A stretch of DNA of 63,507 nucleotides, filler included, from Ministeria vibrans ATCC 50519 (lineage: Eukaryota > Protista > Filasterea): assembly GCA_943704425.1 (NCBI GenBank). It is 9 parts of 9 records of this genome, joined end to end, with 100 filler letters (N's around TTAATTAATTAA, not from the genome) between each part and the next. Parts side by side here need not be neighbours in the genome. Positions count along the whole stretch, not along the records: positions 31,515 to 49,907 come from CALSCP010001890.1; positions 50,008 to 52,513 come from CALSCP010002155.1; 7 more parts are not named here. One strand, written 5' to 3'. Below, in pieces: positions 40,680 through 51,001 of the stretch (positions are counted from its first letter, which is position 1; every line of letters starts with the position of its first letter). The notes under the pieces are model-generated. The model made no database searches, was not told where the DNA came from, and was given only the letters and a program-made list of their open reading frames with translations. The position numbers were made by a program, and so were the translations under genes.

Positions 40680-41338
40680 AGTGTCTCACCCAAGTAAATC
40701 TGATGGAACGGAACAATAGCATGTGTTGATTGTGTTCTCAGTGGTCGTTTGTGCTTTGCCTGATTGGTCTCTAGATATATCTTCACACACCGGACCCTTT
40801 TTTTGTATCAGTGACTCGGTGTTCAATTGTCTGATCGACGGAGAAAGCATTGATTGATTGTGCTTTACATTGCCTTTGTCATTTTGTTGTTGACTTGCCT
40901 TTGACGATAAAAAAAAAGACTGTACAGAGAGTGTGTACACAAGACCCTCGTCTTGACAAAGCCGGAGCCGACGGGTTGCGGGTGTTCATAGATTCAATGC
41001 AGTGTCTTGGAGAGAGAAAGTCAGAGAGCAAACAGAAAAATATCAGTTTGTTAAAAAGACAGAGAGATATATGAAGGCTGGAGCACCACTCCCTGAAAGT
41101 CATTTGCAATTAGAACGAAAAAAAAAATCAAGAATAAAGTCTCTCTTCTCCTTCTGATATACATACAAATAACAGTCTTCAGTTAATTCTCTTCGAATCT
41201 CACTCTCTCAAACTCTTATCCGGCCTACCGCCTACGCGGGTGCCTTTTTGCATTCAATCAAGTGACAAGTACGACTACTACATTAATTAGTCGCTGTCCC
41301 CTGTCTATTGTTGTTTTTGCTCATTTCTTCTTTGGTAG

Positions 41339-42331
41339 ATGATTTCGATCGACCAACTGACTGACACCGACGGACTCTTTTCGCTGCGCCGGATCTTGAC
41401 ACAACCCAAGCGGATGTCCGAGGCGACTCTTTCTCTGCTTGAAGACACGGTTCTCCATGTAGGCGACTCGAACTGTGACGATCGTGATCGACTCGACTTC
41501 TCACCGCGCGACAATGCAACCTATCAAATTTTGCATTCAGGCGGATTTCTAAAACTCGCCGATCGCCACGGCCGTGTCTACGCGTATGCGCAGGCTCTCC
41601 TGGCCAACCGTGTGCCTGACTGGAAGCTTCACGTGAGCGTCGCGCCCGACGATCACGAGGTGGCGTGGCAGATCATTGCACGCGCATTTATGCGTCATCG
41701 CCTGCGCACCATGATGAAGCTGCAAGTGCAAGGCGAAGCGTGGCCAGAGCGCCAATACGGCCGCGAGTTTACCATCTACATCTACACGCACAACAGAGAA
41801 TTTGACCGGCTGGCCAGGCAGGAGCTCCGTGACGACACTGCTCGTGAGGGGGTCGTGGGTTTGGAGGCGGGCGTCATGCACCGCGACGCAGAATTTTGGC
41901 GCATGTTTATACAACAACTCGAAACGCAACTTGCTGCCGCCAATGTTCGCTCACGCGGCACCGCCAAGGGTGATCGTGCTCTTGGTCAGTACGTGTCGCT
42001 GCGCAACGAAGCTTTCGTCGAGGCACGAGAAGAATGGCAGTTGGATCGGACCTGGCATGGTATCGACATTGGCGCACCAGCGGGAACCATCCACTATGTG
42101 TATCCGCCGAACGTGGCCGGGTACAACGGAGCGGGACACGTTGATCCACTGCTGCACAACGTAGAAGGAGAAGAGGGAGACAGGCGCGGATGCAGCAGAG
42201 CAATCAGATGGTGGAGGACGGCTATGCGTCACGTCGGAGAGCAAGTTCAGCACACCAGCGCAACGTGCATTGCCCTTGTACTTGTCGCAGGCATTGTGAT
42301 GTATCACTCTCGCTTGCCATCCCAAAGATGA
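41339..42331 (+). CDS. OspF/SpvC/HopAI1-family phosphothreonine-lyase-like protein with C-terminal hydrophobic anchor
   Basis: WKLHVSV (cf. DKFHISV), MMK, ERQYGREFTIY (cf. RV..GAQFTLY), FIQQLETQL, GDR, YVSLRNE (cf. YVSYRNE), all in the correct order and spacing. Tail CIALVLVAGIVMY. Single long exon. Confidence 0.75.
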   Translation: MISIDQLTDTDGLFSLRRILTQPKRMSEATLSLLEDTVLHVGDSNCDDRDRLDFSPRDNATYQILHSGGFLKLADRHGRVYAYAQALLANRVPDWKLHVSVAPDDHEVAWQIIARAFMRHRLRTMMKLQVQGEAWPERQYGREFTIYIYTHNREFDRLARQELRDDTAREGVVGLEAGVMHRDAEFWRMFIQQLETQLAAANVRSRGTAKGDRALGQYVSLRNEAFVEAREEWQLDRTWHGIDIGAPAGTIHYVYPPNVAGYNGAGHVDPLLHNVEGEEGDRRGCSRAIRWWRTAMRHVGEQVQHTSATCIALVLVAGIVMYHSRLPSQR

Positions 42332-42479
42332 GCGAATGAAACAAGTATGTATCATCTTTATTAAGACATAAATGAAGTGAAACGTTTACGCTCTAAAACG
42401 ACCACTCTTTCCGTTGTGAAAATGAAAAAGGCAAAGGTGAGACATAATGTGCCTCTAATATACATAAATTGTGTGCATA

Positions 42480-43506
42480 TCAGCTAAAATCGTCGTACTC
42501 TTCGCAATAGCCCACAAGCGCCCGCTCAATCTGGAATGTTCAACAACCAAAACATCAGGGGATAATATTATTATCTAGTCCTTACGTGCATTGCATCGAC
42601 CAGTTCCCCCAACGTGATGGTTGGCTGCTGTTCCACAGCAATGGCGTGGAGTCGCTGCAAAGCCTCTTGTGTGACATTTCGCCATTTGTCGGTGAGACCC
42701 CGCAATTTTTCCAAATTGTTCTGCAACAATGCATCACTACGGTATCAATCAATTACGCGCGGGTTTGTTACCTGAGTCCGGTAGGTGCGCACAAGCTTGA
42801 GCTTCCGTAAAACATCTTCTCGTTTCAGGAGTCTTTGCTGCAATTGTCGACGCGACGTGGCAAGGGACGGGGAGTTCTGCATGAGCACAATAGAACAGGC
42901 AAAGGATGAGTGTGGGAGGGTCATTTGTGTTTCTGTTTCACCATAATGTCGCTCATACGACTACGTGGAGTCTTCCCAACAGTGCTAGGAGTCTAAAATA
43001 CAAGAGAGCATGCATAAAATGCATTAGCATTCATAGGGGAAAGGACAATAATGGTGTGTGCGTACAACTTTTCGGCGCAACGGAGTCAGCGATGTTGCCG
43101 TTGCTGATGGCGATGCTGACAAAAGGGCATTCTTAGATGGAGTGATTTGGACCATGCGCCGACGTTTGAGCGGCTGCGAACGGATGGAAGGACTCGAGGT
43201 GGCGGTGGCAGGGCGTTTGAGAGGAGACGCCAGCGTTTTCTTGCTGCTCTCGTCTTCCTCGCCAGGCTTCGCCGCCTCGTCTGCCGCACACGGAGGCACT
43301 GCAACTAATGTAGCTGCTGCTACCGTCGTGGCTGCCACTTCTGTCGTTCCCGAGTCGGTTCGCTGCGCAACACTTCGCCAATAGAGCGTGTCGCCTTCGC
43401 GTTTCGACTGTACCAAAACTCCCTCATCAACATACGTTTGAAGCTGATCGCCCTCTACGGGCACATCTTGACTTGTCCACACATGACCAAAAGGAAGAGA
43501 GTCCAT
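42480..43506 (-). CDS. SFR1: Swi5-Sfr1 complex subunit SFR1/Mei5 (Rad51/Dmc1 mediator), multi-exon
   Basis: Spliced C-terminus KREDVLRKLKLVRTYRTQ|NNLEKLRGLTDKWRNVTQEAL...TLGELVDAMH|IERALVGYCEEYDDFS* matches the Mei5/SFR1 domain. Confidence 0.82.
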
Positions 43507-43622
43507 TTCGAGCGTCCTAAGAGCAAAATAATTGAGAATTTGAGAATTTGAAAATTGAAAATTGAAACGTTGTCAGTCACTTACTCACTTTTAAGTCGTC
43601 TTCAGAACGATTAGCACCGATC

Positions 43623-46413
43623 ATGTCTGCCAGTAATGCGGCAGACTCGGCGATCAGCGCCGACTACTATCCGCTGCGAAGAGTGTTCTGTTCCGAGAAT
43701 CGGTTTGTGACGCCTGCCTTCCAACGACCGTACGCGTGGCAGCCGGAGAATGCCCTTCAGCTCCTTGAGGACATGACCACGGGCTCGCTCGAAGGCGGCC
43801 AGTACTTTCTCAACAACTTGGTCATTTCGCGCGAAGGCGACATTTGCTATGTCATTGACGGCATTCAACGTCTCGTCACGCTCACCATCATTCTCTCCGC
43901 ACTCCGAGACCTCACCGAGAACAAAGTCCACAAAGACCACTACCAACAGGTGAGGCACACTTCCTCTTCTTCTCTCTCTTGCTTTGTGTTTCTTCTTTTT
44001 TTTTTTCTCCCTCTCTCAAATCTAACCCTAACCCTAACCGAGACATGAACTTTACGATTGTATTCAGACGTTTAACACATACTCAAGCAGCTTATGAGGC
44101 CCACTCAAAATACATCGCGCCCTAACGCTAACCCTAACCCTAACCCAATGATCTTTGATCTTTCAAGTACGTTTTCCAAGAAGGCAACGAACTCGAAGAC
44201 ATCCCGGGTCATTACCGCGTCCAGCTGCATGGTGACGACGGGGCCTTCCTTCAGCGGGCCGTGCAAAAGATTGGCGCTATATCAGCGCTCACTACGGTCG
44301 ATGCAACGCATCCGGCGACAGACGGACAGACCAATATTGCACGCAATGCTGTTGCCGTGCAACAATCGTTGGTGGGACGCTCGCAAGAGAGTTTGTGGCA
44401 GCTTGGAAAGTACCTTGTGAAACAGTGCTACCTCGTCATCATCTCGACCAATGACCTGGGACAGTCCATCAAGATTTTCAGCACCGTCAACGCGCGCGGC
44501 ATTCCCCTTACCTACCACGACATTCTCAAGGCGCACTTTGCTGCTCAACTTCCACGCGCCAACTGGCCGCTCTTTTCGGCTACATGGGAGCACTGTAAGA
44601 AGAACCCAAGGAAACAACAAAAGTATAAGTATAATGATATTTTTTTCCAGGGGAAGGAACACTTCGACGCGACGCCTTCTCGCGACTGTTCCACTCCATG
44701 GCACTCATGGTTGCGTGTGGTGAAGACGCAACAGCAGCAGCATCAGCAGCAGCGTCCGGCGGCACATCGCATGGTCAGCGACGATACAAGTCGAGTGGCG
44801 AGCCGCCCAATCCTCTCGAGTTCTACCAGCGACATGCATTCCCCACCAATGCATTTATGCAGGATCTCCTCGTACCATGTGCACAGGCTGCTCTCACTCT
44901 TAGTGGTGCTGCGCCGCTCTCCAATTTCAGTGGCACATGTGACTCACGAACACACCAACGTAAGGAGCAAGCGAGAGAGAGAAAAAAAGGGGTGTGTTGG
45001 CTCAACTTGGTTGTGCTATGTAGACATGTCACTGCTCCTCTCATTCCTTCCGATGACGGGCTCCGACGAATACTTATCACTGACCATGGCAGCTATTGCA
45101 CTCACAGCGCATCCACATCTTCTCACGTACACCGGCACGCCCCTCACCCCCGCCAACCTGCTGGCCCTGCTCTATGCCATTGAGCGCCTCAGTGCCTGCT
45201 TCCTCCTCCTGCGCGTCTCCCTGCCAATCCAGCGACGCCGCTACAACCACGCTCTTGGCGTTCTTATGGCCGGCCAGGGCCCCAATGCTGCCATCCACGA
45301 GCTCCAACTCACCGCAGACGAAGCAGTACGTACATTAGTACATCTTATATGCAATAATTATAATTTTTATTATTTTATTATTTTAATAATCATTATTATT
45401 AATAATTATATTTTATTGTTCTGTATTATAGGCACGCGTGATTGACGTACTTGAAGGCGAAGTGTACTCGTCAGGCGCACGGCGAGCGCGCTATCTTCTT
45501 CTTCGGTGAGAGTGAGACCAGAGACAATGACCACTTGGAGCATATCTAATGTCTTGTGTGTCAGGATTGATGCGGCAATGAGCGAGGCAGGACAGCAGGG
45601 TTATGTCGAGGGTCCTATGCGCGAAAATGTTACAGTGGAACACATTCTTCCTCAGAACATTGGCCCTAAAAGGTATAGAAGAGTATTATACTCATTCACA
45701 CTCTCTCACACACACACACACACCACACACCACATACACAATAGTTCATGGAAGAAAGTATGGCCAGATGCGAACCTGCGCGCGGCGTCAGTGAGTCGTC
45801 TGGGGAACCTGGCACCGCTCAGCGGGAAGAAGAATGGCCGCGCGGGAAACCAACCATGGCTCACCAAGAAGGTAATATAGTATATTAATTATCTCATGTG
45901 ACTCTGTCGTACAACTATTAATATTGTTGTGTGTATGTGTGTATGTTATTTATTACTTTATTTTTTTCTGCTGTTGTTGTAGGAGTTGTACTTTTTCGCG
46001 GACAACAAATCCACTCCGTTTGTCATTACGAACGAGCTGCGCACGATTGATGAATGGACTCCGGAAGTATTTGCGGCGCGTCAAGAGCGTCTTTTGAACA
46101 TCATGTGAGAAGCCGAAATCAATTATGACGTTTTGTTCTCTAATGTGTGTGTCGTTGTAGTTGCACCGAGTGGAAGTTGAATCTCAAGACACATCGCGCA
46201 GTCCGAGCCAATGCTGCTGCTGCTGCTACTGCTGCTGCTGCCGCCGCCTCAGCTGCTGCTATTCCTACGGCTTCATCGGCATCGTCATCAGGCACCGATC
46301 CGTCCTCTCCTGGTGCTGTTGGGCTCGCAGGGGTTGCTGCTGAAGCAGAGGACACTGATTCGGATGAAGATAGTGACTCAGATCTGCATGTTGGTCCTCA
46401 AACCGCAGTGTAA
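43623..46413 (+). CDS. DUF262 + DUF1524 (GmrSD/SspE-type) modification-dependent restriction endonuclease homologue, 9 exons (~43623-43949, 44168-44594, 44651-44959, 45024-45325, 45431-45505, 45565-45672, 45745-45871, 45983-46104, 46161-46413)
   Basis: DUF262 motifs PAFQRPYAW, VIDGIQRLVTL and IFSTVNARGIPLTYHDILK. DUF1524/HNH motifs TVEHILPQ, RLGNLAPLSGKKN...KK..Y and WTPEVFAARQERLL. All introns are GT-AG and restore the frame. Confidence 0.88.
44022..44146 (+). repeat. Two short (CCCTAA)n telomere-like arrays in intron 1 of the GmrSD-like gene
   Basis: CTAACCCTAACCCTAACC at 44022-44039 and CCCTAACGCTAACCCTAACCCTAACCC at 44120-44146. Confidence 0.7.
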
Positions 46414-46743
46414 ATTTTTGTGTTGTTTACTTCATACATTCGACCAGCACCCTACCATCGGGACTTCTCTGTTGAAGCCCGGTTTTCTGAGATGAAACAG
46501 AGAAATGAGCGAGAACGAGTACCGCAAGGGAATGTTCTTCACGGATGTTTAGAAAGGAAAGATGAATTTCATTATGGGACCCACGATTGGGAGTGAACCC
46601 ACCAAAACAAATGCGATAAGACACCAAGCAATCTTTGACAGAGATGAGTCTGCCACCGAGGAAACATCCTCTTGCCAGGAGGGAACTTGAAACCTACGCA
46701 GACAGAAAATGAGTACACCGCTCGGTTACAGAAGGAGGCAGTC

Positions 46744-47563
46744 TCACCGGTAAATGGGAATGGAGATGGCAAGGATGAATAGGAGAAGTGCCGCGCTGAA
46801 TGCCATGAATTTTTCGGGCCCGTCTACTTGCAATCCTCTTAAGAGAGCAAACACGGCTATCACGACGAATAGAAGTGGTGCCCAGCGCAGAAGAAGAACA
46901 ACCAAAGCTCCAAGGCGAAAGGTGAGTGGCCGTACGCCGCTGGGATACTTAGGGCGCATGTTTGGATACTTGTTGAAGTCGATGGGAGGCGGGACGCCGT
47001 TGTGGAACAGTGTTACGAGAGCGGTGTAAAGTATTTCCTGCTCAACGATGTATGGGTGCTCGACGAGGTGTTTCAAATCGACAATGGCCGCAACTGCGGT
47101 AGCGAGCGCCAGAGCCGCTAGTGCATATGTCACGGCCAGGACGGTTGCCATGAGAATAGCTGGGAGGGCTGCTGGTGCAAACACCGCGACGACAATAGCC
47201 GCAGTTGCAGCGACGGCGATGAGACTCACAACCAGAGTCTTTTTCGTCCTCGCAGACAACGTCGAAAACCAGAGGTAAGCACGCTTACAAGCGTTCCATA
47301 CCCACTGTAAATAGAACTTTCTGGGATTTGTCTGTGTATTCGTCTGCGGGTGAGACTCGGGAGGAGAAACATTTGGATTCTCGCGATTTCGACGACGCTA
47401 AAGGAAATGAAAGTAATTCAGTGCCACTGCCCCTGGTAAACATTCGTACGATATTGTCGTGTTCACCCATCACGGAGGATTCGTCTATAACACCGTTATC
47501 GTCGTGGGCAAAACTGTTGAAGCCAGAGGCGTCGCCGTCGTCATCGGCAGCAGCAGAAGCCAT
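46744..47563 (-). CDS. Hypothetical multi-pass membrane protein (ORFs 47285-47563 and 46744-47259 probably joined by a short intron; may continue 3')
   Basis: GTAAGC...CGAG intron joins ...MERL to TKKTLVVSLIAV in frame. About four hydrophobic segments. No family recognised. Confidence 0.45.
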
Positions 47564-47636
47564 AGGTTGCAGGCGACAACCAAGAAGCGGAGAAAGGCGA
47601 AGGATTAGAGTTCTGGCGTACGCTCTCCGTGGATAG

Positions 47637-47901
47637 NNNNNNNNNNNNNNNNNNNNNNNNNNNNNNNNNNNNNNNNNNNNNNNNNNNNNNNNNNNNNNNN
47701 NNNNNNNNNNNNNNNNNNNNNNNNNNNNNNNNNNNNNNNNNNNNNNNNNNNNNNNNNNNNNNNNNNNNNNNNNNNNNNNNNNNNNNNNNNNNNNNNNNNN
47801 NNNNNNNNNNNNNNNNNNNNNNNNNNNNNNNNNNNNNNNNNNNNNNNNNNNNNNNNNNNNNNNNNNNNNNNNNNNNNNNNNNNNNNNNNNNNNNNNNNNN
47901 N
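47637..47901. other. Scaffold gap (265 N)
   Basis: N run without the TTAATTAATTAA linker. Confidence 0.95.
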
Positions 47902-48481
47902 TGTATTAAAGTAGGAAAGAATAAAGTTTGAGAGCGGCGAGGTAAAGCAAAAGGACTAAGAAATAGTGAGTTGATGACTCATGTTTGCTTCGATAAGGAT
48001 CCACTTCGTGCGATAGGGAAGAAGCTTCCTTGGTTGCGTTTTGCGACTTAGACATCTTTGCATGATCTGGAAGCGTGAGGTTGGAGCGGGGAGCAGAGGC
48101 ACTGTCAGGCGCGGCTGAAGATGGACTCATGGCGAGAGACGAAGGCGTTGCTGGCGCATTTGTTGATGCGGCTGGTGGGATTGCGGCTGGAGCTGGACCG
48201 TCGAGTGATGCCATATTGTACGTCTGATCAAGACGGTCAAGTGCTACACAGAGGGAACGGGAATGGGATTCGTCTTTGGGGGGCTGTTTCTCTCGTACTC
48301 TCTCGGCACGCTGTCCGCCAATCGTCGTTGAGCTCGCCGTAACCTGTGAAGCAAAAGGCAGAAGGGGTATTGGCCACCTCAACGTAAACCATGATATGTG
48401 AACTGGTGCGCAGAAACTGTCTGTGAGGAGAGGGGAGTTGACCGTCAGTTCCTAAGAGGAATAATGTTCGAATAATGATTA

Positions 48482-49907
48482 TTACCGGAGCAGGGTTCGA
48501 AAGCGGTCGAGTCCCTCGTGCTTATTTGTGCGCAGTCCGTCACCAAACCCACTCGCGAGCATGTCCACAACTGAAGGAGACCAGAAGAGCAGACGGCCGC
48601 GCGTTTCTGGCCCAAGGAAGAGGGCGTCCTGCACCTCGCATAACCAGTGGTGTGCCACCTTCCACTTGTCCTGGTCCGTGGGCTGGTAGAACGGGACAAA
48701 GTGACTAATACGCTGGAGAAACGCCTCCCCTGCGGTGGCGCCAGGCTCTTGAATGTATTCCTTGAACAGACCGAGAAAGTCGTTCACAACCTTGCAATGG
48801 CCCTCAGAGTGCAGAGTGAAGGGTTCGGAGCAGAGCTGCTCGTGAATTGCTTTGGCTTTCTGGCTCTCTTCATTGGGCAGGTTCATTGCGATAATGAATG
48901 TACAGTCACTCGTGCGCACAGTGCGCTTGAGTGGCTTGCGCGTAATCTTGTCAACTCCTTCACGTAGATCGCTCTGGGGATATCCTTCAAACACCTTGAA
49001 AAAGTAGTTCATGACCTCAGCACGGTTTTCCTTGTCGGCGATCTTGTCAAATTCGTCGAGTAGAACGACGGGCGACAGGCCGAGACTCTGCAGGTGGCTG
49101 GCATCGTTGATCCAGGCAGATCCAGCCTCGTGACCCACCAGTGACGGAGGAGCGCCTCGAAGCACGTTGATGTCGACCTTCTGGTTGAAGTCGAGGCGCA
49201 CCAGCTGCGCATCGTCGATGGCGCAGTGGCCCCGGTTGAGTGCCCGGAAGAAACGGTCGGCGAGCGTAGTCTTGCCGGCACCGGGAACGCCAAAGAAGAC
49301 AAAGACACGGGCTGGGGTTATGTCGCGACGGAACATGCGGCTCTGGAAGGTGAACACATCGCTTGGCTGATCGTCTCCGGCGGCAAGGCGCTGCTGGAGA
49401 AAGGATACTGCCGCAGGCTGACCCGCATGGCCCGTCAGCCAACTGGAGGGAGAATCGCGCCAATGCTTGGCACGGGCAGGCAGGAGAGAGAAGAGGAGAG
49501 CGCGTGTGTTGGAACGTGAAAGGAGTTGTGTGACCAAGGCTGTGGGGGGAGGCGGAACACAGGGGAGGAGGGTGGTGGGGAGAAACACAGGCTGGAGGAG
49601 AGTGAGAGCAGAGAGAAGATTGCTGTCGGTGAGATTGTGGGGGCAAAATGGGTTGCCAGAAAAGTCCAGCATGTCAAAATTGAGGTGAGGGAGTAATGGG
49701 AGAGTGGGGATACTGTTCTGAGAAGCTTTGAGCTTTTTGAGGTTCACGAGCTTCTCAAAAGATGCCGTGGTCAGTTGGTTGGAGTTGAGGTAGAGCTCCT
49801 GGAGCGCCGTGAGCTGGCCGAGCTCCGGAGGCACGGCGGTCAGTTGGTTGGAGTTGAGGTAGAGCTCCGTGAGCGCCGTGAGCTGGCCGAGCTCCGGAGG
49901 CACGGCG
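48482..49907 (-). CDS. LRR + ClpB-NBD2-type (AAA_2) ATPase fusion; 5' truncated at contig end, probably with further 3' exons
   Basis: 23-aa LRRs (LTAVPPELGQLTALTELYLNSNQ) and cap LDFSGNPF. AAA motifs: Walker A FFGVPGAGKT, LVRLDF, pore loop LRGAPPSLVGHE, Walker B VVLLDEFDK, sensor-1 FIIAMN, and AFLQRISHFVPF. Confidence 0.8.
49772..49907 (-). repeat. Near-identical 69-bp tandem repeats encoding LRR units
   Basis: Two copies differ at only a few bases, and the array runs into the contig end. Confidence 0.85.
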
Positions 49908-50222
49908 NNNNNNNNNNNNNNNNNNNNNNNNNNNNNNNNNNNNNNNNNNNNTTAATTAATTAANNNNNNNNNNNNNNNNNNNNNNNNNNNNNNNNNNNNN
50001 NNNNNNNTTTTTTTTCTTCTCTCGTTCTCAATCACATTTTGTAATGCAACCCATATCTTCTCCATGTCGCTGTCTCTGCGTTGGAGCCTTCCCCGTTGCT
50101 TCAAGTTGATCGTGCAAGAGTGCTTTTCGGCGTGGAAACTTGCGCTTCGTGATCGTCTTTTGATGTATGTCATGTCATGTCTGACACACACTTTCTCGTT
50201 CTCTCTTCTCTTCTCTTCTCAG

Positions 50223-50497
50223 GCATTCAGTTCAAGAAGCGCGCCCCCCGCGCCATCTCTGCCCTGCGTGCCTTCGCAAGGAAGCAGATGTGCACCGAGG
50301 ACGTCCGCATCGACGCCGCTCTGAACCGCGCCGTGTGGAAGCAGGGTGTCAAGCACGTTCCCAACCGCATTCGCGTGCGTCTTCTGCGCCAGCGCAACAA
50401 GGACGAGATGTCGGCCAACAAGCTCTTCACCCTTGTTCAGTACCTGCCTTTCACCAACTTCAAGGGCAGCCAGACCGAGCGTGTCGAGCAACAGTAA
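50223..50497 (+). CDS. RPL31: 60S ribosomal protein L31 (eL31), last exon
   Basis: FKKRAPRAI...[28 protein letters not shown]. Confidence 0.95.
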
Positions 50498-51001
50498 ACT
50501 TTGTCGTACCATGTTCAAACAATTGACTCTTTCAGTGGGCCGCGGAAGCGCACCGTTCGTCACATCAGTTTGTTCTCGGAGTGTGTGTAGCACCGTAGTT
50601 TAGTCCGAATTTGTCTCGACCTTAATCACTGGCTCTCTTATTCGTAAATCCTTGATGAGAAGGAGAAGAAGCAAACCTCGTTATGAAACGCGACTCAACT
50701 TGTAAGCTACAAGAGCGTCAAGAAGAATGTAGAGACAGGATGGATGATGGGTAGACAAGTCACGCGAGAGGCACCCAATGCCCTTGGAGGGTCATAGAAC
50801 TGTGTATCAAATAGTCATTGATTCAGACATTTTGAAGTTAAATATTGTAAATTTTGTAATAATAAAACTAAAATAATTATACTAATAATTATATTCATTT
50901 CTCTTCAGTTTATCTCATAGTTGTACATTTTTGTAAGGTTCCCCCTCCAAAAGGCGCCCCTTCTCAATCAACAGCAGCAAAAAAAGAAAAGGAAAAAAAA
51001 A

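Noticed and set aside
43623-46413. Bacterial contamination as the source of the GmrSD-like gene
   Set aside because: It has eight spliceosomal introns of the host's style and gap-free contiguity with SFR1, SDR42E1 and NUP98.
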